Assembly: GCA_964439965.1 (NCBI GenBank)
Contig: CAYTQG010000002.1
Location: 5,008-69,007 of the forward strand
Direction of reading: 5' to 3'
Source of the DNA: an uncultured Proteiniphilum sp.
GTDB lineage: Bacteria > Bacteroidota > Bacteroidia > Bacteroidales > Dysgonomonadaceae
DNA length: 64,000 nucleotides
In this document: piece by piece, positions 28,536 to 38,880 of the stretch
How the letters are laid out: each line of letters begins with the position of its first letter
Position numbering within the stretch: the stretch's first letter is position 1
Position numbers and translations under genes: made by a program
The notes under the pieces: model-generated
Database searches by the model: none
Told to the model about the DNA's origin: nothing
Seen by the model: only the letters and a program-made list of their open reading frames with translations

Positions 28536-30734
28536 TTAAAATTGGTATCCCACACCACCATGAAAGTTCACATGATTGTGCAATTCGGTATATCCTATTG
28601 TAAAATCAAGTCGCGACAACTTAGAGCGATGCTGATAAGTAAATCCTGCACCCCAGTCGCGTTTATCGAAGTTCAAGTCGTTCCATTTATCCACTTGCCA
28701 CAAAAGTTGAACCCTGGGTATTATGTAATGCTTAGGTGCTACCTCTATACGCAGGCCTAAATCGCCAAGTGTAGATACATTATCTAAAACAGTGATTCCA
28801 CCTTGTCCCAAAAGAGGGAAGTAAAAATCAGAATATGCGTTGTATCTATTAGACGAGTAGTTGGCGTAATATATAGATACATCATCATCATCAAACACCG
28901 AACGATGATAAAGATCGGCCTTAATTGCTACATTATCTGCAATGGGATGAATCGAGTTGACCATAAAATCGACTGTGGGCGTAAAGTGTCTAAAGTCGTT
29001 AGTCATAGTCACCAGTGATACACCCGTGCGCATTAGCACCCCATTGTCTGGGATGAAGGATCTATTTCGGCTATCCACAGTTAGAAATCCGTAAGCACTA
29101 GTATATAAATCTCTTATTCTAGAATCCTTCGCATCTGCAATATTTCGATAATAGTCGTTGCTATAAAAATATGTTTCATCAATTCCTATATTCAAATCAG
29201 CCACTTCCTTAAATCTACGATATGTATATAGGGATGTAGAAATACTCCCCGCACGCATTCGGCCCGATTCTTTAGTTTGTGTATGATAGTCCATTCTATT
29301 AAATCTGCCTCTTGCTTTAAATCCAGTTGTAGAAAGTAGTCTGTTGGTTTCGGCCAAAAATAACACCTGCGGATTTCGTGCCACCTTAGCATCCAAAGTA
29401 AGCAAATTGAGTGCACGCGAATAGTCCTGATACGAGTAGTTGGCATAAATGCTTGTAATATCTACCGTGTTGAGTGCACCCCCAATTTTGAGGCTAGCCT
29501 CTTTTTTGTTATCTATAAATAGCTTTAGTGTGTAGCCATTGTCATTTTTGTTAAGCTTGTAATATACAGATTCGAAATTTCCATAACCATACACCCTCTT
29601 CACTGCTTGATCTATCTCCATCATCGAGTAGCTATGATTGTGATGCAGGTGCAAGTGTTGCAGTAAAATAGTGTGTTCTTTATTATACTCCTTTGGTAAT
29701 TCTATATCTGTAATAAGCCATTGCTGAGTAGGCTTCTTGTTTCTAATGTTGTTTCGTTTTATGTTTTTATCGGCTAGTAGCTCCTTTATTTTTGGCATCT
29801 GCTCGCGAGCAGCATCTTCGCCGCTTTTTATTATTTTTTCTATTAAGTCTGTCTCAAAATCCAGAGCTGTAATCCCCCTCAAGTCTGGGTTAATCACCAC
29901 ATCGGCCATCTCTATGTTAGCATCATGTTTTTCCGATTCGAGCTTGCTCACTATTCCTCTCAAAATAGTGGTAATTGACTCAAGACTGACATCATCTTCC
30001 TCATTTTCTTGTCGCAAATCCACACCCACCACCAAGTCGGCACCCATATCCAGTGCCACATCTACAGGGAAGTTGTTTATCACCCCTCCATCCACAAATT
30101 CCATATCCTTGTAGTGCACAGGGGCAAAAATACCAGGTATGGCCATGCTAGTAAGCATAGCCTTAGCAAGATGGCCATGATCTATTACAACTTCACTTTT
30201 GGAGTTTAAATCGTATGCCACACAAGCAAAGGGTATGGGCAAGTCTGCAAAATTGATACTATCGGGATATTCAGCAGTCATACCACAAAAGATGTTTAGA
30301 ATATTATTGCCGCGAACCAATCCTGCGGGCAGTAGCAATTTTTTATGATCTTTATTTATTCTTAGCTCCAGAGGGTGCTTTTCCTCAAAGTCTTGTTTAA
30401 ATCTCGATTTCAGCTTTCGGTCTATATCATCCGTAAGAAGCATGCTCCAGTCTTGATATTTTGCAAACTCCTCAATCTCATCGGGACTATATCCCACCGA
30501 ATATAAAGCACCTATAATGTTTCCCATGCTTGTGCCCGATATAAGTGTTATAGGTATGTTTTCTTCTTCGAGCACTCGCAGTACACCAATATGAGCAAAG
30601 CCTTTGGCACCTCCGCCGCTAAGCACTAGGCCCAGCTTCAATTCCTTATTACTAGTTTGGGAGTGAGCAACTTGGATACCAAAAAAATAAAACACAATAA
30701 GTATTATAGATAATACAATTCGTTTATTAGTCAT
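28536..30734 (-). CDS. Patatin-like phospholipase with POTRA-like segment and C-terminal beta-barrel
   Basis: Signal peptide, LSGGGAKG, GTSMG, DGG, C-terminal GVGYQF barrel signal. Confidence 0.85.
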   Translation of the reverse strand: MTNKRIVLSIILIVFYFFGIQVAHSQTSNKELKLGLVLSGGGAKGFAHIGVLRVLEEENIPITLISGTSMGNIIGALYSVGYSPDEIEEFAKYQDWSMLLTDDIDRKLKSRFKQDFEEKHPLELRINKDHKKLLLPAGLVRGNNILNIFCGMTAEYPDSINFADLPIPFACVAYDLNSKSEVVIDHGHLAKAMLTSMAIPGIFAPVHYKDMEFVDGGVINNFPVDVALDMGADLVVGVDLRQENEEDDVSLESITTILRGIVSKLESEKHDANIEMADVVINPDLRGITALDFETDLIEKIIKSGEDAAREQMPKIKELLADKNIKRNNIRNKKPTQQWLITDIELPKEYNKEHTILLQHLHLHHNHSYSMMEIDQAVKRVYGYGNFESVYYKLNKNDNGYTLKLFIDNKKEASLKIGGALNTVDITSIYANYSYQDYSRALNLLTLDAKVARNPQVLFLAETNRLLSTTGFKARGRFNRMDYHTQTKESGRMRAGSISTSLYTYRRFKEVADLNIGIDETYFYSNDYYRNIADAKDSRIRDLYTSAYGFLTVDSRNRSFIPDNGVLMRTGVSLVTMTNDFRHFTPTVDFMVNSIHPIADNVAIKADLYHRSVFDDDDVSIYYANYSSNRYNAYSDFYFPLLGQGGITVLDNVSTLGDLGLRIEVAPKHYIIPRVQLLWQVDKWNDLNFDKRDWGAGFTYQHRSKLSRLDFTIGYTELHNHVNFHGGVGYQF

Positions 30735-30875
30735 AGTTTGTGATTTGTTTTAATAAATAATTCTTTTGTGATAAAGATTACTTCACAAAGATACAGATTA
30801 TAAGAAAGTAGGATTGTTAAAACATGATTGAAATAGCAAAATAGGGGCTTGAATGATGAAAAAAGCGGTTCTAAG

Positions 30876-30907
30876 TTTGTGTATTATTAAAACATATGTT
30901 ACCTTTG
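30876..30907 (+). promoter_or_regulatory. Probable rho promoter, implying a ~350-nt leader
   Basis: TTTG (30876-30879)-N20-TACCTTTG (30900-30907). Confidence 0.65.
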
Positions 30908-31259
30908 TCACAGAATCTTCAAAGAAAAGTCAATCCAACGTTGATTGCACTTTCAATAAAAATTTCAAAAACCCATATTGATTACAGTTTATAGTTTCGG
31001 AACAACCTTGTTACCACCGAGCTAAAGTATATAAACAAATCATTATTCAAATAATAAATTAAATTTCAGTTTCGAGTTTGAAAAACTCTTCATCACAAAA
31101 CATTCCAATTTAACAGCTTACTTTAGTGTTTTTATCAATATTCATTTTGTGATATGAGTGAACATGGTATTAATAAATATTAGATTGTATCTATCATGAA
31201 TCCGAAACAGAAATCAAGATATAATAAACCAGAATTATTTTTTTAACATAACAATTTAA

Positions 31260-33269
31260 ATGGCTTACAATATTCTAGAGCTTAATGAAAAGCTTACTAC
31301 CGAATTACGTGCTCTTGCCAAGGAAATGGGTATCAAAAGACCTGATGCTTACAGAAAAGAGGAATTGATTTATAAAATTCTTGATGAGCAGGCTATAATG
31401 AAAACCAAAAACTTGGGTCCCGAGCCTAAGGCAAAACCTAATAATAACCGAAATAGAAAACAATCTGAGCCTAAAAAAGAACAACCAAAGAGTGTTGACA
31501 AAAAGGCTTCAGAGTCTTCAGATAATAACAATAAGGCTAGACAAGCAGAATCCCAAAAGAAAGAACAGGAAAAGGATACGAATAAGGAGGTGAAGACCGC
31601 TTCTTCTGAGCCAGTCAATGCTGAAACAAACAACAATCCTAAAAAGTTGGAAAAAGAAATGAATGAGCAAAGACTAATATGGGTGACACAAGATGACACT
31701 AAAAAAGAGGAGAAGAAAATAATATCACATCCCGATATTATTCCTGATACAAAACCAGAACCAGTAAAAGCAACAGAGAAGGTTGCCGAACCTGAGGAGG
31801 CAAAAAAAACTGAAGATACAGCACCTACACCGTCAAAACCTACTCAGCTTGTTTTTAGATCATCAAAACAAAGAGATAGAAGTAAAACAACTAAACCTGC
31901 ACCTGCAACGTTACCATTGGTAGTGGCTGAGGGCTCGGATGATGAGAAGCCTACAGATGCAGTAGAAAAGGAGGTGAAAGAGGAAAAAAAATCATCTTTA
32001 CTAGAGGAGCTACTTACTCCAACTCCTGTTCATACAAGAAACCAACCACAGCAAAGGGGTGCACAACAACCACAGCAACAACAACCGCAGGCGCAGCAAC
32101 AGCCACATCAACAACAAGCATCATCGAAAGAAAAAGAACCTGCATATGATTTTGATGGTATTTTGAGTGCTACTGGTGTGCTCGAAATAATTAGCGAAGG
32201 TTATGGGTTTTTGCGCTCTTCGGATTATAACTATATGTCATCTCCTGATGATGTGTATGTATCGCAATCGCAAATTAGACTTTTTGGTTTGAAGACGGGT
32301 GATGTGGTGGAAGGTCCTATTCGTCCCCCAAAAGAGGGTGAGAAGTTTTTCCCACTTATCAAGGTTGATTTGATTAATGGTCGCAAACCTGAAGATGTAC
32401 GCGACAGAGTACAGTTTGACCACTTGAAACCTTTGTTTCCGAATGAAAAGTTTAAACTAACAAAAGGATATAAAGATAATCTATCTTGCAGGGTGGTTGA
32501 CATGTTTGCACCTATTGGTAAAGGACAGCGTGGGCTGATTGTGGCACAACCAAAAACGGGTAAAACTATGCTACTAAAAGATATTGCAAATGCAATTGCC
32601 GAAAATCACCCCGAGGTTTATATGATTATTCTTCTCATAGACGAGCGTCCGGAAGAGGTAACTGATATGGAGCGTAGTGTTAATGCTGAGGTTATTGCAT
32701 CTACTTTTGATGAGCCAGCTGAGCGCCACGTGAAGATTGCCGACATTGTGCTAAACAAAGCTAGGCGTATGGTGGAGTGTGGTCATGATGTGGTTATTCT
32801 TTTAGACTCTATCACCCGCTTAGCACGTGCTTACAATACTGTTCAGCCTGCTTCGGGTAAGGTTCTTTCAGGTGGTGTGGATGCAAATGCTCTACAAAGA
32901 CCAAAGAGGTTTTTTGGTGCCGCTCGTAAAATTGAAAATGGTGGGTCGCTAACTATTATTGCAACTGCCCTAACTGATACGGGTTCGAAAATGGATGATG
33001 TGATTTTTGAGGAGTTTAAGGGTACTGGTAATATGGAACTTCAACTCGATAGAAGATTATCAAACAAGCGTGTATTCCCATCAGTGGATATTATGGCGTC
33101 AAGCACTCGTCGTGATGATTTATTACTGCCTGAAGATACGCTGAACCGTATGTGGATTTTGCGTAATTATCTTGCCGATATGAACTCAGTTGAGGCTATG
33201 GAATTTCTTCTTAATCGCTTGAGAAGAACTAGCAATAATGAAGAGTTCTTGATTTCGATGAATGACTAA
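31260..33269 (+). CDS. rho: Transcription termination factor Rho with long N-terminal disordered insertion
   Basis: [58 protein letters not shown]. Confidence 0.97.
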   Translation: MAYNILELNEKLTTELRALAKEMGIKRPDAYRKEELIYKILDEQAIMKTKNLGPEPKAKPNNNRNRKQSEPKKEQPKSVDKKASESSDNNNKARQAESQKKEQEKDTNKEVKTASSEPVNAETNNNPKKLEKEMNEQRLIWVTQDDTKKEEKKIISHPDIIPDTKPEPVKATEKVAEPEEAKKTEDTAPTPSKPTQLVFRSSKQRDRSKTTKPAPATLPLVVAEGSDDEKPTDAVEKEVKEEKKSSLLEELLTPTPVHTRNQPQQRGAQQPQQQQPQAQQQPHQQQASSKEKEPAYDFDGILSATGVLEIISEGYGFLRSSDYNYMSSPDDVYVSQSQIRLFGLKTGDVVEGPIRPPKEGEKFFPLIKVDLINGRKPEDVRDRVQFDHLKPLFPNEKFKLTKGYKDNLSCRVVDMFAPIGKGQRGLIVAQPKTGKTMLLKDIANAIAENHPEVYMIILLIDERPEEVTDMERSVNAEVIASTFDEPAERHVKIADIVLNKARRMVECGHDVVILLDSITRLARAYNTVQPASGKVLSGGVDANALQRPKRFFGAARKIENGGSLTIIATALTDTGSKMDDVIFEEFKGTGNMELQLDRRLSNKRVFPSVDIMASSTRRDDLLLPEDTLNRMWILRNYLADMNSVEAMEFLLNRLRRTSNNEEFLISMND

Positions 33270-33312
33270 TAATTCCATTTTATAGTAAATGGATATTGAA
33301 TATATAATTTAT

Positions 33313-33349
33313 AATAAGCAACTGTTGCAATGCGATGGTTGCTTATTTT
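33313..33349 (+). terminator. Intrinsic terminator after rho
   Basis: AATAAGCAACTGTTGC/GCGATGGTTGCTTATT stem then T run. Confidence 0.7.
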
Positions 33350-33362
33350 ATATTAAAATCAT

Positions 33363-33962
33363 ATGAAGCATAAAATATTTAATGAGCAGGAGTACGAAAA
33401 GGAGTTGAAGATTATTAATATCGAAAAAGCTAGCACTATGGGCTTGATGATAATGATACCCGTTTTCTTACTCTTCGGAGGTGTTTATATATTGGTAAAT
33501 GGTAATCCACTACCTGAGATATTTAGTTCATCGTTAGATATTATCAAATTCTTATTGGGTAGCTTTATTCTTTTAGTGGTTTTTATAGCTGGTGCGGGTC
33601 TTCATGAACTCATCCACGGCATAACTTGGTCTATATTTCTCGAAAATGGATTTAAATCAATAAAATTTGGTGTGCTCTGGAAAACTCTCACTCCATACTG
33701 CCATAGCAAAGAGCCAATGAAGATAAAGCACTACATGCTAGGAGCAATAATGCCAGCACTTTTGTTGGGTTTTGTACCCGCCATATGGGGAATAGTTGTT
33801 GGCAGTTTCTGGACTACAATTTTCGGTATATTGTTTACCATAGCTGCAATAGGCGACTTTATGATTATTCAGCTTTTAATAAAAGAAAATATGAACGACT
33901 ATGCCGAAGATCACCCCTCGGAGGCAGGATGCTTTGTTTACCGAAAGAGGATAAATGAATAA
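33363..33962 (+). CDS. DUF3267-like membrane zincin
   Basis: HELIHG, TPYCH, AAIGDF, DHPSEAG with TM segments. Confidence 0.75.
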   Translation: MKHKIFNEQEYEKELKIINIEKASTMGLMIMIPVFLLFGGVYILVNGNPLPEIFSSSLDIIKFLLGSFILLVVFIAGAGLHELIHGITWSIFLENGFKSIKFGVLWKTLTPYCHSKEPMKIKHYMLGAIMPALLLGFVPAIWGIVVGSFWTTIFGILFTIAAIGDFMIIQLLIKENMNDYAEDHPSEAGCFVYRKRINE

Positions 33963-34063
33963 ATAATAGTCAAAGCAAGATATAATAGTAGTAAATGAAT
34001 ATTTTAGATTATTTTTGTCCTTGAGTACTAACTGAAATAATTTATATCTAAAATAAAACCACA

Positions 34064-34978
34064 ATGAATTACTCGCAGATTTTTTCGCAGATTTTTGAAG
34101 AGCTTAAGGGTGTAGAAAACACTGGTAGCGTGGCAAATTACATTCCAGAGCTTGCACATGTTGATCCTGATCGATTTGGCGTAAACCTAACCACCATTGA
34201 TGGCGAGAAGCATAACTTTGGTGATGCCGAAGTTCGTTTCTCCATTCAGAGTATAGCAAAGGTGTTTTCGTTTGTGTTGGCATATTCAATAATTAAGAGT
34301 GATATATGGCAAAGAATGGATCTGGAGCCAGCGGGAACACCATTCAATTCTCTTGTGCAGCTTGAGCATGACAAGGGTGTGCCTCGAAATCCATTTGTAA
34401 ATGCAGGTGGTATTGTGGTATGTGATATTTTGGTTAGCCAATTGAAAAACCCAAAGGAGGAGACATTGAATTTTGTAAGAGCTCTTTCGGGAAACATGAG
34501 TATAAATTATAATACTAAAGTATCCGACTCTGAGAAATCTAGTGGGTTTCGCAATTATGCTTTGGTCAATCTTATGAAATCGTTTGGGAATATTCATAAT
34601 GATATTGATGAGGTGATGGATCTATATTTTAGCATTTGCTCTATAGAGATGAGCTGTAGCGAGCTTTCGGAATCATTTTTGTTTTTGGCAAATAATGGGA
34701 AGGTTCCATATTCAGGACAGCAAATATTGTCGCCAAGCCGAACCAAACGAACTAATGCTTTGATGCAAACTTGTGGATTTTACGATGAGGCAGGTCAGTT
34801 TACATTTAAGGTAGGACTACCAGGAAAGAGTGGAGTGGGAGGCGGCATTGTGGCTATTCATCCTCAAAAGTATGCTATATCGGTGTGGAGCCCGAGGCTG
34901 AATGTAAAGGGTAACTCCTTTTTAGGAATGCTCTTTCTAGAGGAATTCACTACTAAAACGGAGCTTTCGATATTTTGA
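34064..34978 (+). CDS. glsA: Glutaminase
   Basis: YIPELA, FSIQSIAK (SxxK), NPFVNAG, GLPGKSGVGGG. Confidence 0.93.
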   Translation: MNYSQIFSQIFEELKGVENTGSVANYIPELAHVDPDRFGVNLTTIDGEKHNFGDAEVRFSIQSIAKVFSFVLAYSIIKSDIWQRMDLEPAGTPFNSLVQLEHDKGVPRNPFVNAGGIVVCDILVSQLKNPKEETLNFVRALSGNMSINYNTKVSDSEKSSGFRNYALVNLMKSFGNIHNDIDEVMDLYFSICSIEMSCSELSESFLFLANNGKVPYSGQQILSPSRTKRTNALMQTCGFYDEAGQFTFKVGLPGKSGVGGGIVAIHPQKYAISVWSPRLNVKGNSFLGMLFLEEFTTKTELSIF

Positions 34979-35106
34979 AACAGATATATTAGTATAGAGT
35001 AAAGTATTGAAGCATAAATATTAAATAACTCAAAAAGATAGATTCATATTGACTTATATAGTGAAATAGACTATTTTTGTGAAAAAAATTAGAACATTCG
35101 AATTAC

Positions 35107-35997
35107 ATGAAATTTGATTTAAAGGAACGAACACCACAGTTGATTGCAATCATTGGTGTTTTGGTGTTGGTAATAGTTGTAGCTCTTTTTTATATAGGAA
35201 GTAAGAACAAGCAGATAACGACAATGGAACAGCAGTTCACAGTTGATAAGCAAGAGCTTGAAGATGAATACGAGGCCATCTCGATGCAGTATGAGGGTTT
35301 TAAGTTTAGTGTTCAAAACGACTCTTTGCTGTATAAACTGGAGAATGAACAAGCAAAAGTGCAACGCCTTCAGGAAGAATTGCGAGTAACTGACGCTGCA
35401 AACAAAGCTGAGATAAACAGATTGAAGAATGAGCTTGCTACGTTGCGTAGAGTTTTGAAATCGTATGTACAGCAAATTGACTCATTGCATAGGCTTAATA
35501 CTGAGCTTCAAGAGAAGAATGAGCAGATAACTCAGCAATATCAACAAACTAGTAGAACGCTAACAAAGGTGTCGCAAGAGAGGGAGCAGCTTAGCGAAAA
35601 GGTAACATTGGCTTCAAAGCTGGATGCGACTGGCGTTAATATAAAAGCGGTAAATGATAGAGGAAAGGACCAAAAGAGATTGAGCAGAAGTTCTCAATTT
35701 GTGCTATCGTTTTTAATTACTAAAAACATAACTGCACAGCCCGGAGAGCGTACTATATATGCTCGTATTATGGCCCCTGATGGTAGCGTACTGACTAAAA
35801 ATGCTGCTAACACATTCCCTTACGAAAATGGAAACTTACAGTATTCAATGAGAAGAATAATTGAATATGGTGGAGAAGAAGTTAGTGTTACTATGTATTG
35901 GGACATTGAGGAGTTTTTGATGGCTGGCACTTATAAGGTTGATATCTTTGCTGATGGCAACCATATTGGCACCACATCTTTCTCAATGCAAGAATAG
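35107..35997 (+). CDS. Membrane-anchored coiled-coil hypothetical protein
   Basis: N-terminal TM, long heptad region, beta-rich C-terminus. Confidence 0.7.
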   Translation: MKFDLKERTPQLIAIIGVLVLVIVVALFYIGSKNKQITTMEQQFTVDKQELEDEYEAISMQYEGFKFSVQNDSLLYKLENEQAKVQRLQEELRVTDAANKAEINRLKNELATLRRVLKSYVQQIDSLHRLNTELQEKNEQITQQYQQTSRTLTKVSQEREQLSEKVTLASKLDATGVNIKAVNDRGKDQKRLSRSSQFVLSFLITKNITAQPGERTIYARIMAPDGSVLTKNAANTFPYENGNLQYSMRRIIEYGGEEVSVTMYWDIEEFLMAGTYKVDIFADGNHIGTTSFSMQE

Positions 35998-36026
35998 TAA
36001 GAAAATAAATAGATAATATTTAAATA

Positions 36027-36066
36027 CAAAAAAAACGGTTTCAATTACTTGAAACCGTTTTTTTTG
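36027..36066. terminator. Bidirectional terminator
   Basis: CAAAAAAAACGGTTTCAA-TTAC-TTGAAACCGTTTTTTTTG. Confidence 0.85.
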
Positions 36067-36084
36067 TTGCTTATAATCTATTGT

Positions 36085-36999
36085 TTAGAATGACCATTGA
36101 TTTGAAGTTTTAGCACCAGATGTGTTCATAGGGGTTTGAGCTTCGGTTTTAATAGCTCTTGTAGTGTTTGTATTCACCTTGCCTGCTCCTTGATAATACT
36201 CCATAGCACGAGGAAGTATCTGTTGTATTCTCTCAATACGTTTATTATCTGCAGGGTGTGTGCTTAATGCCTCTGGAGTGGAACCTCCACCCGACATTTG
36301 CGACATTCTGATCCAAAAGGGTACTGCAACCTCAGGATTATAACCTGCCAAAGCCATCACAATTAGTCCAATCTCGTCAGCCTCTAACTCTTGCTTTCTA
36401 GCATATGGTAGCATTACTCCCAGCTGAGCACCAATTCCGAATACTTGTTGACCAATTTGTGCACCTGCCGAGCTTCCTAGTAGTCCCCCAGCTATAGCAC
36501 CACCATACTCTAGAGCCATCTGTTGGCTAATTCTTTCGTTTGAGTGATGGGCTATTACGTGAGCAACTTCGTGACCCAAAACCACAGCTAGAGCCTCTTC
36601 AGTTTGAGTAACTGGAAGTAGTCCCTCCAAAACAACAATCTTTCCACCTGGCATTGCAAACGCATTTACGCTTTGGTCTTTTACAAGGTTAAATTCCCAT
36701 TGATAGTTGCGAAGTTCAGATTCGTATCCATTGCTTTTATAAAAAGTTTCAACGGCCTGTGCTATACGAGTACCTACTCGGTTTACCATTTCCGCATTGG
36801 CTGTGCCACGCTCTACCGGAGCGGTTCTGATAAACTCTTGATATTGCTGAAGGCTTAGTGCTAGCACCTGCTCGTTTGAGACTAGTGATAGTTGACGCCT
36901 CCCTGTGAATGGTACACTTCCGCACGACTGAAGCATTATGATGGATATTGCCATCATAAGTGATAACCTAATAAATTTAGGAGAATAATTTTTTGTCAT
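36085..36999 (-). CDS. Peptidase M48 lipoprotein
   Basis: Lipobox LQSC, NAFAMPGG, HEVAH, ELEAD, LSTHP. Confidence 0.9.
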   Translation of the reverse strand: MTKNYSPKFIRLSLMMAISIIMLQSCGSVPFTGRRQLSLVSNEQVLALSLQQYQEFIRTAPVERGTANAEMVNRVGTRIAQAVETFYKSNGYESELRNYQWEFNLVKDQSVNAFAMPGGKIVVLEGLLPVTQTEEALAVVLGHEVAHVIAHHSNERISQQMALEYGGAIAGGLLGSSAGAQIGQQVFGIGAQLGVMLPYARKQELEADEIGLIVMALAGYNPEVAVPFWIRMSQMSGGGSTPEALSTHPADNKRIERIQQILPRAMEYYQGAGKVNTNTTRAIKTEAQTPMNTSGAKTSNQWSF

Positions 37000-37232
37000 A
37001 GTTTCGTATTTTATTTTTTGGTGTAAATATACATAGTCTATTAATACAACAAAGATATAGAAAAGTTGCTTACTCTAGTATGTTTTTTTACAGAGTATAA
37101 TTATTTATATGGATTCTATATTAGCCATAGGTAGTAACTATTTTGTACGTATCAAAAATACTAAGAAGCATGCCTGCATTCACAATAAATAGTTTTATTT
37201 TTGTTGACTAAATTAAATGAAGAAAGATTGTA

Positions 37233-37997
37233 ATGTTTTCCGAAAAAGATATATTTCAGCGAGCGGAGCTACTCATGGGTAGTGATTATATAGAAGGAGC
37301 TAAACAAAAAAAGGTTATCATATTTGGAGTAGGTGGCGTGGGGAGCTGGTGTGCCGAGATACTCGTGAGGAGTGGAGTGGGCTATATTACATTGGTTGAT
37401 TCGGATGACGTGGCGGTATCAAATATCAATCGCCAACTAATGGCTACAACTAAAACTGTAGGCCAAGCGAAGGTTGAGGTGTTGAAAGCGCGACTCTTAG
37501 ATATAAATCCGCATGCAACTGTTGAGGCCATTCAGGCAGTTTATGTACCCGAAACATGCGAATCGTTTGAGCTGCAAAAATATGATTATATAATTGATGC
37601 AATAGATAGTTTATCGAATAAGGTTCATTTAATACGTTATGCATGCACAATGCCCGGTGTTTTCTTCTCATCAATGGGGGCAGCACTAAAAACAGATCCA
37701 TCGAGAATTAAAGTTGCCGAATTTTGGAAAGTGAAAGGTTGCCCATTGGGTAGTGCACTTAGAACACGTGTGAAGAAGTTTGGAGGAGTGAATAAGAAAT
37801 TTATGTGCGTTTATAGTGATGAGGTAAGAAATAACCGTGGCGAGGCCCCTATTAGTGGTGGAGCGAAACCATCGCAATGGGATGCAAAAAAGGCACGGAT
37901 AAATGGTACTATGTCGTTTATGCCGGCAATGGTGGGTATGACTCTTGCATCATTAGTGGTAAACGATATCGACAGTAAGAGTTATATTTCTGATTAA
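37233..37997 (+). CDS. tcdA: tRNA threonylcarbamoyladenosine dehydratase (ThiF family)
   Basis: GVGGVGSW, SNINRQ, DAID, SSMGA, CPL, CVYSDE. Confidence 0.82.
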   Translation: MFSEKDIFQRAELLMGSDYIEGAKQKKVIIFGVGGVGSWCAEILVRSGVGYITLVDSDDVAVSNINRQLMATTKTVGQAKVEVLKARLLDINPHATVEAIQAVYVPETCESFELQKYDYIIDAIDSLSNKVHLIRYACTMPGVFFSSMGAALKTDPSRIKVAEFWKVKGCPLGSALRTRVKKFGGVNKKFMCVYSDEVRNNRGEAPISGGAKPSQWDAKKARINGTMSFMPAMVGMTLASLVVNDIDSKSYISD

Positions 37998-38062
37998 TAT
38001 TTGAAAGTAGTATCTTTGACATTTGTGAAAAATGACAAGGGTTGTATAATAAGATAGGAGAT

Positions 38063-38503
38063 ATGAAATTTCAAAATGATGCAATTGCACCAATGCACAC
38101 CACTGAGCATATTCTTAATCAAACAATGGTGAGGATGTTTGGCTGCGAGCGATCGAAAAATGCTCATATAGAGAGACGAAAATCAAAGTGTGATTATATA
38201 TTAGATACAGCGCCTACTGAGGAGCAGGTGCTAGAGATAGAGGCTAAGGTAAACGAGGTGATAAAGCAGAACCTTGATGTTACGGAAGAGTATGTGCTCT
38301 ATAAAGAGGCTGAACAGATTGTGGATATGTCGAAACTACCCGACAGTGTTGGCGAGAAGCTAAGATTAGTGAGGGTGGGCAATTATGATGTTTGTGCTTG
38401 TATTGGCACCCATGTGAGCAATACATCTGAGATTGGCGAATTTAAAATAACCACACACGATTATAATGGAAATAGATGGAGAATGAGGTTTAGACTTTTG
38501 TAG
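38063..38503 (+). CDS. Stand-alone AlaX-like / tRNA_SAD editing domain protein
   Basis: HTTEH and CACIGTHVSNTSEIG zinc-binding editing motifs. Confidence 0.75.
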   Translation: MKFQNDAIAPMHTTEHILNQTMVRMFGCERSKNAHIERRKSKCDYILDTAPTEEQVLEIEAKVNEVIKQNLDVTEEYVLYKEAEQIVDMSKLPDSVGEKLRLVRVGNYDVCACIGTHVSNTSEIGEFKITTHDYNGNRWRMRFRLL

Positions 38504-38526
38504 ATTCGTAGAGGAGATTGGCTGTT

Positions 38527-38880
38527 ATGAATGAAGGGGAGAAAAAAGTTGTCAGTAAAATGATAAAACTGTATTGTAAGGCCTATCACAATACATCGCA
38601 CAACTTATGCGACAATTGTGATAACTTGGATAGCTATGCCATGCAGCGACTTGAGAAATGCCCATTTGGCGACCAAAAGCCCACGTGTGGAACATGCTAT
38701 ATACATTGCTATAAGAGGGATATGCGTTTGCAAATCAAAGAGGTAATGAGATATGCTGGACCTAGAATGATATTCAGACACCCTATTGCTACTATAAATC
38801 ACTTTATAAGAGAATATAAACGCAGAAAGCTAACACCTGCTGCAATAAATAATAAATCATCAAATGACACAAATTACTAA
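38527..38880 (+). CDS. YgbA-like (nitrous-oxide-stimulated promoter family) Cys-rich protein
   Basis: EKKVVSKMIKLYC...H...CDNC...RLEKCPFGDQKPTCGTCYIHCY...VMRYAGPRMIFRHP. Confidence 0.85.
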   Translation: MNEGEKKVVSKMIKLYCKAYHNTSHNLCDNCDNLDSYAMQRLEKCPFGDQKPTCGTCYIHCYKRDMRLQIKEVMRYAGPRMIFRHPIATINHFIREYKRRKLTPAAINNKSSNDTNY

